In this document: piece after piece, positions 34,940 through 45,285 of the stretch
Layout of the letters: every line of letters begins with the position of its first letter
Numbering within the stretch: position 1 is the stretch's first letter
Translations under genes and position numbers: made by a program
Notes under the pieces: model-generated
Seen by the model: the letters and a program-made list of their open reading frames with translations, nothing else
The model's database searches: none
What the model was told of the DNA's origin: nothing
Assembly (NCBI GenBank): GCA_965603825.1
Contig: CBFDEM010000052.1
Span: 248,001-312,000, forward strand
Reading direction: 5' to 3'
Source of the DNA: Blepharisma stoltei ATCC 30299
Lineage: Eukaryota > Protista > Ciliophora
DNA: 64,000 bases

Positions 34940-36406
34940 TTATTCTTCTGTGTCATCTTCTATTTCTTGTTTCTTCTTTTTGCTTTCATCAATATTTGTG
35001 TCTGCTTGCCTCTTAGCTCTTGGCTTTGGTCCCCAATTAGCTTCATTAGGAGGAAATCTTATGCTGCTCAAAACACTTTGTTCGTGCTCTGTTAATTCTT
35101 GCTCGAAGTCCGGACAAGGAGTTCTAAGTTAAACTTACTTTGGCTCTTTATTTAAGACTCTAACAGCAGCTGAATCTTCTGGTAGATTACTTATATATCG
35201 GTCACTTGCAATCGTTTTTTTCTATATAATTTTTACCCAATGTCTAAATATGTCAAAAAGTTGGCTGACCTCTACATTGATTTTGTATTTCATCGGATGT
35301 GTATGAGATTGCGATATATTTAAGCCTGAAGACCTCACTGCAGATCTAAATTGCTTTTGAGACATAACTTGGCTTTTAAAGAACTTGCAGAGCATTGACA
35401 AATCCCAATTCAAAGGAATATCGAGTTCATCTTTGACACAGACTAAGACCCCTTTCAATTTGTCATGGGTCTTCATATTTCTTTCCTCCAGAGTCTGTAT
35501 AACTTCATCAACAAAATCCTTTTCATGTAAATTTCCAGCATAGATTGGCCCTTGAATCAAAAACTTCCCTCCACACTCAGGACATACTGAATGCCCTTCA
35601 AATACATTTGTGGTATATTTATTTCTTCCTTCTCTGCCTAAATAATGCAAATAATAAGCTGGACATTGTGTGCATTGAAATACAAGTGCTGACTTTGCTA
35701 TTGATTTTTTGGCTTCAAGGGCTGATGATATTACCTGTACAAATACCCTGACATAGAAATCAACTGAAAGGCTTAGGAGAGGCTTAACAACAAGCTGATA
35801 TTTATTAGCTGAAGCATTTAACTGATACAGTAAAACTCTTAGTGCAAACTCGTGGCAATGCTTAGCTTTTGTAGGGATACTTTGATACTTATAGAAGCAG
35901 GTATCTGGATTATTCCCACACAGCGTAGAAACGTCAGTACTTGTCACACATAGCAGTCCTCCAGATTTAACAGCCTGAACCCCTGCGTCTATAAAGCTAG
36001 CAACAGATCCATAAGGGTCAAGGTCGACAATATCCCAAACTCCTTTATTTCTGTACATAATTTCACATGCATCTGCTTGCGTGACTTCCCCCATAACATT
36101 ATTAGACTCAAAATTTTGTTTGATTTCTTCAACAGCTTCAGGACTCAAATCATTAGCAATAAGTCTTTGGATTGGCTGATTGATTTCTTTATAATAGCGG
36201 ATTGATCTTATCCCACTTGCAGCCATTGGTTCCAAAATGTTTAATCCTTGAAATGGCCTGCCTTGAGTTTCTAGTTTCGTTTTAAGTCGTTGTGCGTAAA
36301 CTGAGGTGACTAAAACTGACATATCTCTGTTAAATACCTGGGCTGGATTCAGAAACACCCCAGATTTTAATAAGACCTGAGCAGATCCTTCAATATGTAA
36401 AGCCAT
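34940..36406 (-). CDS. TRM1: tRNA (guanine-26-N2)-dimethyltransferase, 478 aa; 15-nt introns at 35222-35236 and 35124-35138
   Basis: FLNPAQVFNRDMS, ILEPMAASGIRSIRY, DLDPYGS, zinc ribbon; after splicing the C-terminus reads RFPPNEANWGPKPRA. Confidence 0.95.
35124..35138 (-). other. 15-nt intron GTAAGTTTAACTTAG
   Basis: Needed for the TRM1 C-terminus. Confidence 0.9.
35222..35236 (-). other. 15-nt intron GTAAAAATTATATAG
   Basis: Needed for the TRM1 C-terminus. Confidence 0.9.
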
Positions 36407-36468
36407 TTATATCTGATTATCATGAAATCACTTGAAAATCAGTTAATCGCGATTATGTGTAAGCTTAA

Positions 36469-37023
36469 TTAACTAGTAACCCACCATTGCAACAGCCCTA
36501 ATCCGTCCTCATTAGCTCGTCCTAACAATTGCACAGAAGCACTGTCTTCGAACGGCAGCGCAAAAGCATGCACTTTAAACCTGATAGTTTCCCCAATATC
36601 ATAGAACAAGTCATGCTCGTCAAAGTGCCACACAAAGACTCCTTCTTGCTCATCGCTAAATATCTCTTACAATCCAGAAGGATCAGCCAAATACGCAGCT
36701 GGTATAAGTGCATCAATAAATACCATGGAAACTGTGATTCCTTCAGAGTTGGATTCTTTTATCTTCCCAGTCAAAATTTCCCCTATAAACGGCTTAAAAA
36801 CCACAATCTTTGCAACGAGTTCAGATTCCAAATATAATTCCCTTACAAATGTTTGCTCGATTTCGAACGAATAAATAGCGACACAGACTCCTTCGTTTTT
36901 AAGGACTTTTCCTATGAACCTTTCTTCAAGTTTTAGTGTAATTGCTTCTCGGATATTCAACCCTAGCAGCTCTGGCTCTAGCTCTGTCTGAACTTTAAGT
37001 GTATAAAGAATAAACATAGACAT
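36469..37023 (-). CDS. POLR3H: RNA polymerase III subunit RPC25/RPC8; 15-nt intron at 36656-36670
   Basis: VFKPFIGEILTGKI..S..EGI; the spliced C-terminus ends NEDGLGLLQWW; intron GTAAGAGATATTTAG. Confidence 0.9.
36656..36670 (-). other. 15-nt intron GTAAGAGATATTTAG
   Basis: Needed for the RPC25 C-terminus. Confidence 0.92.
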
Positions 37024-37073
37024 ATTGAAGCACAAGCATTCTTGCTATTATTTACAAAATTAAATTCATTAAT

Positions 37074-37253
37074 TTATGCTGGAAGTTCTCCTTGGAAGCT
37101 TATATCTTCTAGCCTTAGTTCGTCTTTATTAGTTTCAGGTTTAGTAATTTTGGCATCCTGTGGGAAATCGTGAGCACTTTTTTGCCTGGATAAGGAAGAA
37201 CCAAGGAAAATTACCTGATCTGGATTATTAGTTCTTGAGGAAGAGCAACCCAT
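37074..37253 (-). CDS. 59-aa protein with MGCSSS acylation motif
   Basis: ATG preceded by AAAA; MGCSSSRTNNPDQ...; TAA stop. Confidence 0.55.
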   Translation of the reverse strand: MGCSSSRTNNPDQVIFLGSSLSRQKSAHDFPQDAKITKPETNKDELRLEDISFQGELPA

Positions 37254-37311
37254 TTTTAATAAGTCAAAATTATAACGAGCCATTTGTTTGAGAATTTTTA
37301 TTTAAAGCAGC

Positions 37312-37653
37312 TTAACCTCCAAATCCGTATAAAGTTCTTCCTTGGCGCTTTAGAGCGTAGACGACGTCAAGTGCTGTGACTGTTTTTCTTCTGGCATGCT
37401 CTGTATAAGTGACGGCGTCACGGACCACGTTTTCTAAGAATGACTTTAGGACGTTTCTAGTTTCATCATATACAAGCCCACTTAGTCTTTTAACTCCTCC
37501 TCTACGAGCTAGACGTCTAATTGCAGGCTTGGTTATTCCTTGGATGTTTTCTCTGATCACGTGGCGCCTTTTTTGTTTTCCTCCGATCTTTCCAAGTCCT
37601 TTTCCTTTGCCTTTGCCTTTGATCCCTTTTGCACCTTTTGCTTCCACTTTCAT
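37312..37653 (-). CDS. H4: Histone H4 with a divergent N-terminal tail
   Basis: [21 protein letters not shown]...[14 protein letters not shown]. Confidence 0.97.
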   Translation of the reverse strand: MKVEAKGAKGIKGKGKGKGLGKIGGKQKRRHVIRENIQGITKPAIRRLARRGGVKRLSGLVYDETRNVLKSFLENVVRDAVTYTEHARRKTVTALDVVYALKRQGRTLYGFGG

Positions 37654-37840
37654 TTTATTTTTATAATTTAAGCCCCCGCTTTATCTATTGTGTTTTCTTT
37701 TTAACCGAAAGCCATTTTAGATATTGTGAGAATTAAAATTAAATAAGTCAAATTTATTGAATCAATTTCAAATTAAGTTACTCTGTCTTAATGCTTGGCT
37801 CAATAAAAAAAAAACCAAAAAAAATAGTAGAGATCATTTT

Positions 37841-38160
37841 GATCACATGTTTTCAATGGTCTTTTTGGTTTTTCCCCTCGTTATCTTCTTCTCTTATCTT
37901 ATTCGTAAAATAGTCTTTTTTTAAATGTTCCTTCATAACTACCCTTGAAGTGATCACAGTTTTTAGTTTGCAAACACAAAAGTAAAGGATAAGATAGGGG
38001 CTGCTATGATAAGCAGTCCCTTACCAATCCCTAAACCAAGGGTGGTAGAATTGAATTTGGCCTAGTAAAGAGCTGGCCAAGAGGAAATTGCAGGATAATA
38101 AGCGATTGCCCTTGGCCAGCCAGCAAAGGATCAGCTATGAATCGGACAAATCAAATTCCT
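37841..38160. ncRNA. Candidate structured non-coding RNA of unknown family
   Basis: GC-rich island with no convincing ORF; stems 37997-38005/38012-38020, 38021-38032/38039-38048, perfect 10-bp 38072-38081/38111-38120, and 38053-38059/38152-38158. Confidence 0.45.
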
Positions 38161-38264
38161 AATGTTTATATATATATTAAAATCAAAATGAAAGTTAATT
38201 TAAATCGTTTGCATCTGTTCTATCTATGCTACTTTATTCCATAATTTAAATGAGTTTTAATTTA

Positions 38265-39017
38265 TTACAAAAACTCTCCAATTTTCGGGATTAATTCTAT
38301 TGGGATTTGATACAATGGTATTTCTTTTCTTCTATTTCTTTTAGAAATCATACTTGGAATAGCTTCACATAGGTTTGCCCAGTGAATACCTCCTCCCTCT
38401 TCTGCTGCTGGTGGAGTCATATGTTTAACTACCCACAAGAAATATTTTCTTCTTTCCCAATTCAAAGCTTGATATCCCACTCCAATTTCAATTGCTTTTA
38501 TAAATACCGGTGCCACATTTAGATCATTTTTTGCTGAAGTTTCAATATAAAAGATTTTCAAGTCGTTTTCCGTCTCAATAACTTTATTGACCTCTTCAGC
38601 GCTGACTTCTCGCACTTCCTTATCAGCTTTAGTGCCTATCAAAAGGACTTCTTTTTTCCGATACTCATTCTTCTTAAATAAGTCAAGCTTAGCAGGAATA
38701 TCTTCAAAAGTTGTCGAATTGGAGAGATCAAATACTAAAGCAATAGCATCAGCGTTTTTAATTGATTTTAGCCTGCATTCAAGCTGGAGATCCATATCAG
38801 ATAAGGAATCCATCACTAATAGTTGTACTCCAAGGCCGTAATAGTCAATGGTGAAAGATTTAAGGTTACAGCCTAAAGTTGGATTATATTCACTACTGAA
38901 ATCTTCATTGTTATATCTTTGGACTAGAGAAGTCTTTCCGACTTGTAGCTGCCCTACAATTAAGCACTTTGCCCTCAGCTGTGGACCCTCGATTGATTTT
39001 TTGTGTGCTGCTCCCAT
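38265..39017 (-). CDS. Atypical Rab/Ras-like GTPase with a C-terminal helical box and no CAAX motif
   Basis: G1 GQLQVGKT, G2 PTLG, G4 GTKAD, G5 ETSAK; G3 degenerate (MDSLSD). Confidence 0.85.
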   Translation of the reverse strand: MGAAHKKSIEGPQLRAKCLIVGQLQVGKTSLVQRYNNEDFSSEYNPTLGCNLKSFTIDYYGLGVQLLVMDSLSDMDLQLECRLKSIKNADAIALVFDLSNSTTFEDIPAKLDLFKKNEYRKKEVLLIGTKADKEVREVSAEEVNKVIETENDLKIFYIETSAKNDLNVAPVFIKAIEIGVGYQALNWERRKYFLWVVKHMTPPAAEEGGGIHWANLCEAIPSMISKRNRRKEIPLYQIPIELIPKIGEFL

Positions 39018-39116
39018 GATAGTTTATATATGTTTTAATATCAGTAATTATGATTGAAATATTAAGATTAATCATTTCTACTTATTAGGGGCTTGCTTTT
39101 ATTATCATAGATAAAT

Positions 39117-39940
39117 ATGAACAAGAAGTCATCAGGGAAAATGATGAGCCTAATGGTAGTAGCTATTTAGAGGCTTTGGCAACAATTGTTCTAGGTGATC
39201 TCATGGTTTCATATTCTTTGATTTTTACCTGATATTCGAGTAGTGATGGAAACCTAGGACTGACATCATTTGGGCTTTATTTATTTTCAATTTTTCAGAT
39301 CCTTATAGCTTTGGCAATAACTCTCCACTTCAGGTGCATGCTCAGTGAACCTGGAGCTACTCCATTTTATGAAGTTCCAGGAGATATCCCATTGGAATTG
39401 ATTAAGTATTGCAATGAATGCGAACAATGGAAACCTCCAAGAACTCATCATTGTAGGGCTTGCAAATTATGCTTTCATAAGTATGATCATCATTGTCCTT
39501 GGGTTAATAATTGTATAGCAGTGAACAACCAAAAGTTCTTTATTCTATTTTTACTTTATACTACGGCTGCGTCGATATTAACTTTGATAATTATTGGAAT
39601 GAGTGTTTATGAGTATTTTAAATGTCAAGAAGATGTGACATTTGATCCTATAAAACTGATTTTCACAGCTATTGTAGGAATTTTGGCAGCTTTTTTCATA
39701 TTTTTCCTTGGTGGGCTTTTGATAGAGCACATAAGTTTGGCTGCGAAAAATCAAACAACAGTAGAAAGCCAACAAGATATGTATGGAACTCCTTATTCAT
39801 TGCTCAAGTGTTTTAGCTTAGTTTTCGGTAGAAACTATTGGGCATGACTTCTACCACTTTCTTCTTCCATTGATATTAATTATTTGGAGCCTATATATTC
39901 TTATGATGAAAGAAAGAGGTTAATTTCAAAAGATGATTAA
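39117..39940 (+). CDS. DHHC palmitoyltransferase; start codon uncertain, apparent 1-nt deletion right after the ATG at 39117
   Basis: CNECEQWKPPRTHHCRAC...YDHHCPWVNNC, NQTTVE, FGRNYWA[W]LLP; two TGA=Trp; TAA at 39938-39940. Confidence 0.85.
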
Positions 39941-40131
39941 TAGATTTAATTAAAGTCTTTATAGAATTTAAAAATGCTAAGTATAATTGATTTCGATTTA
40001 AAATTGATATATTTCTTGTTTTAATTTTGAGAATCTCTGGGAATTATGAGGCTTCAAAGTTTAAGCAAGATATTAAATTGAATATAATAGAGAACAAATA
40101 AACTGATTGCCATTAATTGTAGCAATTAAAA

Positions 40132-41333
40132 ATGACCCTGATCATCAACCGAGCAGTACTCACAGTTGTCATCCTAGCTTCAATTTCAGGGAGCCTAGCT
40201 CAAGAATCCTATCTATTCACAGATGAGCCCATCATAGCAGCAAGTGTTTGTTATCCATTTACCTGCAAGACCTCCAAGCAATCCTTCACTTCAGAGACCT
40301 GCATTTTTTACGATGTTGCAGCAACCACTTTCTATGCTGAATCTGGAGCCTGCGGCACAGGAAAAACGTGCACACAAGGCGCTGTTGACTCTGCAAACTG
40401 GACTTGCATAGCTAACCAACCAGCTGGAGGCCAAGCTTTAATCGGGGAATATTGCGCAAGTTCTACCACTGCTTTAGCACTGCTCTCGCCACTTATGCTT
40501 CAGCATGTACCGAAAAGGTATGTGTTTCAGCTTATAAAACTTCATGCATTACTAATGCAGCACGAGACGATTATTGATGCCCAGCAGGACAATATTGCAG
40601 TGTCACTACAACTGGAGGCATAGCAGGCACTTGTGTAGACCAATTGAAGGCAGGAGCAACATGCACAAGTGACTATGATTGCGTCAACAACGCAATGTGC
40701 GACATAGCCGTTGGTGCAGCAACTGGAAAATGTGTCGAATATCTCTCAGTCAAGGCAGGTCAAACCATCTCCGCTTGCACGATACTCGCAGGAGCCACTT
40801 TTGGCCAAACTCTTCTCTGTGAATCAACCCTCTGCGCAAAGCTCGATGAAGTCTTCAAGTGTCTTGATTCAGTAAAGAGTGACAACGGTGTCCCAATAAA
40901 ATGCGAAAACCCAAATGAATATGATGATGGATGCAATTCCAAAAAAGACAGCATCTCAGGCACTAAACTCGCCAATTTATGCCTTTGTGGAAATAATAAA
41001 GCTGGCGAAGCTTATTGCGATCTCTTCCCTGATGACAGCCACTTTCAGTCTTACTTGAAGTACACAAAGAAGTGGTTTTCAAGTTCTGGAATAAATAAAT
41101 GCAACACTAGAGGAAGACTTGACGATTTATGCCAAAAAGCTTGGTGGGACAAGAGCAACATTGAAGCCTGGACATACTACAACTTACTAGCTAATAACTA
41201 TCCAGCTGTTTACAATGCAGAAGAGTGCGTTCTAGAAAATGTAGCTGCAGCTTATAAAGCAGCTAAGGATGCATACGATAGCTCAGCAGCTATTTTCACC
41301 CTATCAGCCTTCATTTGCCTAATCTTAAGCTAA
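40132..41333 (+). CDS. Cys-rich, probably GPI-anchored surface protein with an apparent 1-nt frameshift near 40468
   Basis: Signal peptide; Cys periodicity continues only by switching frame at about 40468-40470 (GEYCASST/CFSTALATYASACTEKVC...); hydrophobic C-terminus SSAAIFTLSAFICLILS. Confidence 0.75.
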
Positions 41334-41599
41334 GCTATTAATTGAAGCAGTAAGATATAAGCTAGACTATATTAACTTAGCAAGTATAAGCCTTTCATAG
41401 ATTTTTGAAAATTATTTAGAACTAAATTCTATAATGCATCTTATATATTTCCATTTTTTAATATTAACAAGCTAAAAATAATCAATTTATTTGTTTTTAA
41501 ATAAATTTACCTTCTTCTAGCTCGCTTTCTCATCTCTATTTTTAGCTTAAAAGTTTTTATTATGCTAAATTCTTCAAAATCTGCTAATAAATAGCAGAC

Positions 41600-43108
41600 A
41601 TGGCATCATCAGAAGAAGTGAAATCATACGATCTTGGTCCACTTCCTCCAATTGGACATAGGAACAACATTTCGATTCATTCATTTGATATCAACATTGA
41701 GCAATACCATGAAGTAGAAGACGAAAAAGAAGATAACGAAATTCAATTCCCAAGACCACTGGACATTGAATTATGGAACGGTATTGAAGAAGTTATTATC
41801 CCAGAAGAGGATGCCCGAGCTCACGAAACGAATGCAATTTTTGGATTTGACGGGGATGAAGAAATTAAAGAAGAAATCCAAGTCGAAATAAGCCAAATTA
41901 GTGAAGAAAATGAAATTGAGAAGACCTTGACGAGCTCCCTGTCAAGCAATCTTCATGCAAGCACTATTAGAGATGACCGCTGGCTATGCCCTATCTGTTT
42001 GGAGCTATTTGAAAATCCTGTGGAAACACCCTGTTGCCATAATCTTTTTTGTGAGAGATGCATCTTCAATATCAGAAGATGCCCATTGTGTAGCAAAAAT
42101 CTTGGCCGATGCATGCCGAATATCCCAATTCGAAGATTAATGGACGATTTAGCGGTAAAATGCAGGCATATTAAGTGTGATATTGTAATTAGAAAGGCAG
42201 ATTTAATCAATCATGAAAAAGAATGCCAGATGGCACTTGTTCCTTGCATGAACAGCTTTTTGTGCGGAGAAGTACTAAGAAGAGATCTAGGGAAGCACTT
42301 AAAAGATGACTGCATATACAGGCCTGTCCCTTGCGCTCTAGAATGCGGAAGGGTGCTGGCTTATTGTGAGATGGAAAAGCACTTGGAAACAGATTGCCAA
42401 AACGTAATAGTAAACTGTCCTCAAGACTGCGGAGTCTTAATTCAACGTGGAGAAGCTGAAATGCATATTTCTCAGATTTGCCCCTATACCTATATCAAGT
42501 GTAACCTCACAGATGCAGACGGACAGTCATGTCCTGTCCGCTGCATGAGAGAAGAACTAGAAGAGCACCATTTAATCTGCGAATTCAGAAAAGTCCGATG
42601 TCTAAATAATGGCTGTGGGCAAAGAATTTCAAACAGATATGTGCAAGATCACGATAACGCCTGCCTATTCAAAGAAATCCAATGCCCCAATAATTGTTCT
42701 GAACTAATTCTAAGAAAAGATATCGAAAATCATTCAAATTTTTGCCCTTTACAAGTGATTGAGTGTCCTTATAGCGAATTTGGCTGCACTGCTAAAATCG
42801 AAAGAAAAAACATAAAAGAGCACCTTGAAGCTGAAGCTGTTGACCATAGTCTGAAAATGGCAGAAGGATGCAAGCAAAATAAGTTAGCCATTGCAAAAAT
42901 GCAGTTTGAAATGCAAATCATGAAAGAAATGCTGAAACAAGAAATGATAAAAATTGGGGACGAGCTGAAAAAAGTTAAAGGGAAAAAGAGAGATAATGAA
43001 AGATATGCACTTGAATGGTGTGATGAAGAAGAAGCTGAGGCTTTTCTCGATGAGAGGAACGGGCTTATTTGTCCATTTGATGAACTTTTGAGGATGCTGG
43101 AAAGATAA
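41600..43108 (+). CDS. RING finger plus multiple TRAF-type zinc fingers (no MATH domain)
   Basis: CPICLELFENPVETPCCHNLFCERC RING; repeated H...C....V.C...C motifs. Confidence 0.9.
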   Translation: MASSEEVKSYDLGPLPPIGHRNNISIHSFDINIEQYHEVEDEKEDNEIQFPRPLDIELWNGIEEVIIPEEDARAHETNAIFGFDGDEEIKEEIQVEISQISEENEIEKTLTSSLSSNLHASTIRDDRWLCPICLELFENPVETPCCHNLFCERCIFNIRRCPLCSKNLGRCMPNIPIRRLMDDLAVKCRHIKCDIVIRKADLINHEKECQMALVPCMNSFLCGEVLRRDLGKHLKDDCIYRPVPCALECGRVLAYCEMEKHLETDCQNVIVNCPQDCGVLIQRGEAEMHISQICPYTYIKCNLTDADGQSCPVRCMREELEEHHLICEFRKVRCLNNGCGQRISNRYVQDHDNACLFKEIQCPNNCSELILRKDIENHSNFCPLQVIECPYSEFGCTAKIERKNIKEHLEAEAVDHSLKMAEGCKQNKLAIAKMQFEMQIMKEMLKQEMIKIGDELKKVKGKKRDNERYALEWCDEEEAEAFLDERNGLICPFDELLRMLER

Positions 43109-43122
43109 ACTGAAATAAATAA

Positions 43123-44940
43123 TTAAATCTTTTTAATTACAAATGACCATCCTGAAATTGCGTTTCCTTTTTCTTGGATACTCAGATCGCCATATACTTT
43201 GATCGGGTCTATATTTTCTTGCTTAATGACTTTTCTATTAGGAGCTGCTGGTCTCAGCTCTCTATTTAAAACACTGTTCCAGTCAATTCCTCTAAAAAAT
43301 TCGTGACATTTTATTTCTTCAGAATCTCTTTTAGCTCCAAGCCTGGCACATGGGTCACGATGAAGCAACTAAATAGAATTTACCTGTTTAATCAAGCTTT
43401 TTGCCTCAAAACTCAAGCTTGAAGGAAGCCTCAATTTTCCTTTTTGGATGTTTGATATCAGTTCTTCTCTGTTCACTGAAAAATAAGGAGGTATTCCTAC
43501 AAGCATCTCATACAGCAAAACTCCTAATAAATACCAATCTACTGATTTCCCATGCCCTTGTCTCCTGATAACTTCTGGTGCTAGATATGCAAGAGATCCG
43601 CAGAAACTTTTTGTTGTATAATTGTCATGAGCTCCTTCTTTGGATAACCCAAAATCAGTTAGCAAGGCATGGCCTTCTTCATCAATAACGACATTGTCAG
43701 GCTTTAAGTCTCTAAAAATAATTCCTTTTTTGTGCAGCTCTTCTAAAGCCAATATGACTTCACACAAATAAATCCTTGCTTTTTCTTCAGCAAATCTTTT
43801 TTCTTTTGTAAGCATTGACCCAAGATCGCCTCCTGGACAGTAATCTAGAATCAAAAATAATTTTTCTGGTGTCTGAAATGCGTAGTTGAGTGACACAATG
43901 AAAGGATGCTTGACGTAGCTCATTACATTTCTTTCAGTCAAAGCGTATTTTATTAAATTTTGAGCCATAATCCTATCTTTCCTCAAAACTTTCATAGCAT
44001 AAAGTATTTGTGTAGCTGTTTTTCTAACTAAGTAAACTTCTCCAAAACTGCCTTTTCCGAGTTCTTGGAGAAGCTCAAAGTCAAAAGGACTTACCCGTTC
44101 AGGTGCTTGAGGTTCATCAGCTGTAGACATATATAATATACTAACTCTTTGTGTTTCAATTCGAGATCCAGATGACGAGGATAACGCTTGAGAGCCAGTC
44201 TTATTGATATATTTCTGAAAAATCTTGTCAGTTTCCTCTGATCCTGATACTTCAGCTGCTGTTTTTTCTAGATTATTTTCAATAAATATGCTTGGCTTCT
44301 TAGATAACAGCCAAATAATAAGCCCATTATGGGAGTTTTGAGAAGCCAAATGCAAAGGCGTGTTTCCATCATTATCTGTCACATCTATTTCTGCTCCTGA
44401 CCTCACCAGTAGTTGAGCTAATTGCAAATGCCCATTCATGCATGCGATATGAAGCGCGGTTCGCCCTTTGGAGTTTTTAGCATCAATATCGGCCTTTTCC
44501 CCATAGTCCAGCAAGGTCTCACAAACTTTTAGGAACCCTTCTTGTGCTGCAACATGCAGTGGGGTGTCGTTATTATTTCCTTTGAAGTTTACGTCAGCAA
44601 CTGCGTCTCCGTAAAATGATTTTTGTAATAACTCTCTACATAGTTCTGCCTTGTTTTGCTGAGCTGCTTGTCAAAGAGCCTCATTCATCGAGTTAGAATG
44701 GGAGAGCGGAATAACTGAGGCAGGCTGAATATTTCGTCTTGGAATTTTTTGGACTAGAATCGACTCGTTACCTTCACTTATGGAACCGAAGAAAGAGTCC
44801 TCAAATTCTGAGTCAAAAGTCCTGGAAATGCTGGTCAGAGGATTGCTGGTGGATTTCGTATCTTCTTCGGTGAGGCTTTGGTTGGATTTGGAACTATCTT
44901 TCTTTAATAAAGCTAAAAAGAGGCTTTTTATTTCTTTCAT
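43123..44940 (-). CDS. Ankyrin-repeat AGC-family Ser/Thr kinase, 600 aa; 15-nt intron at 43369-43383
   Basis: TPLH/TALH ankyrin repeats; GKGSFG, YAMK, FRDLKPDN, DFG, APE; TGA 44671-44673 reads through; intron GTAAATTCTATTTAG. Confidence 0.92.
43369..43383 (-). other. 15-nt intron GTAAATTCTATTTAG
   Basis: Joins kinase subdomain XI (LIKQ|LLHRDP..RLG). Confidence 0.92.
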
Positions 44941-45285
44941 AAAAATACTAATAACTATTGCATTTTTTATGAATTTAAAAACTTGATTTTTATTTTTAAA
45001 GTAAAAGTAAGTAAGATAATTTCAAATGATGAAAATTTATATTAGGATTACTTAAATCATATTTGCCTAATAAATGACGAAAATCATAAAATAACCAAAG
45101 AAAACATTTATCTGCATTTCTTGCTGCTTTATAAGTATTTTAATTCATATTTAGTGCCTACCCAATTGCTGATAATTATTTCCTATATTAAAACTCAAGA
45201 TTTAAAATTTATTATTAATTGTTGAGATGAAACAAATGAATCATTAATGAATCTCTGCATTTGGTAATATTGACAATTTACTATA

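Noticed and set aside
37778-37936. Minus-strand 52-aa frame MKEHLKKDYF...[W]KHV...
   Set aside because: Low complexity, runs through homopolymer tracts and shows no motif; not supportable without expression data.
38029-38037. CCCTAAACC as a telomerase RNA template
   Set aside because: It would specify TTTAGGG, whereas the reported Blepharisma/Stentor repeat is CCCTAACA, and it is partly buried in a hairpin. No CCCTAACA-type template was seen.
39156-39170. GTAGTAGCTATTTAG as a 15-nt intron of the DHHC gene
   Set aside because: It lacks the GTAA start, and removing it leaves the ATG at 39117 out of frame, ending at a TAG.
40460-40477. GTTCTACCACTGCTTTAG as an intron explaining the surface-protein frameshift
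   Set aside because: It is 18 nt, a multiple of three, and non-consensus, so it cannot change the frame.
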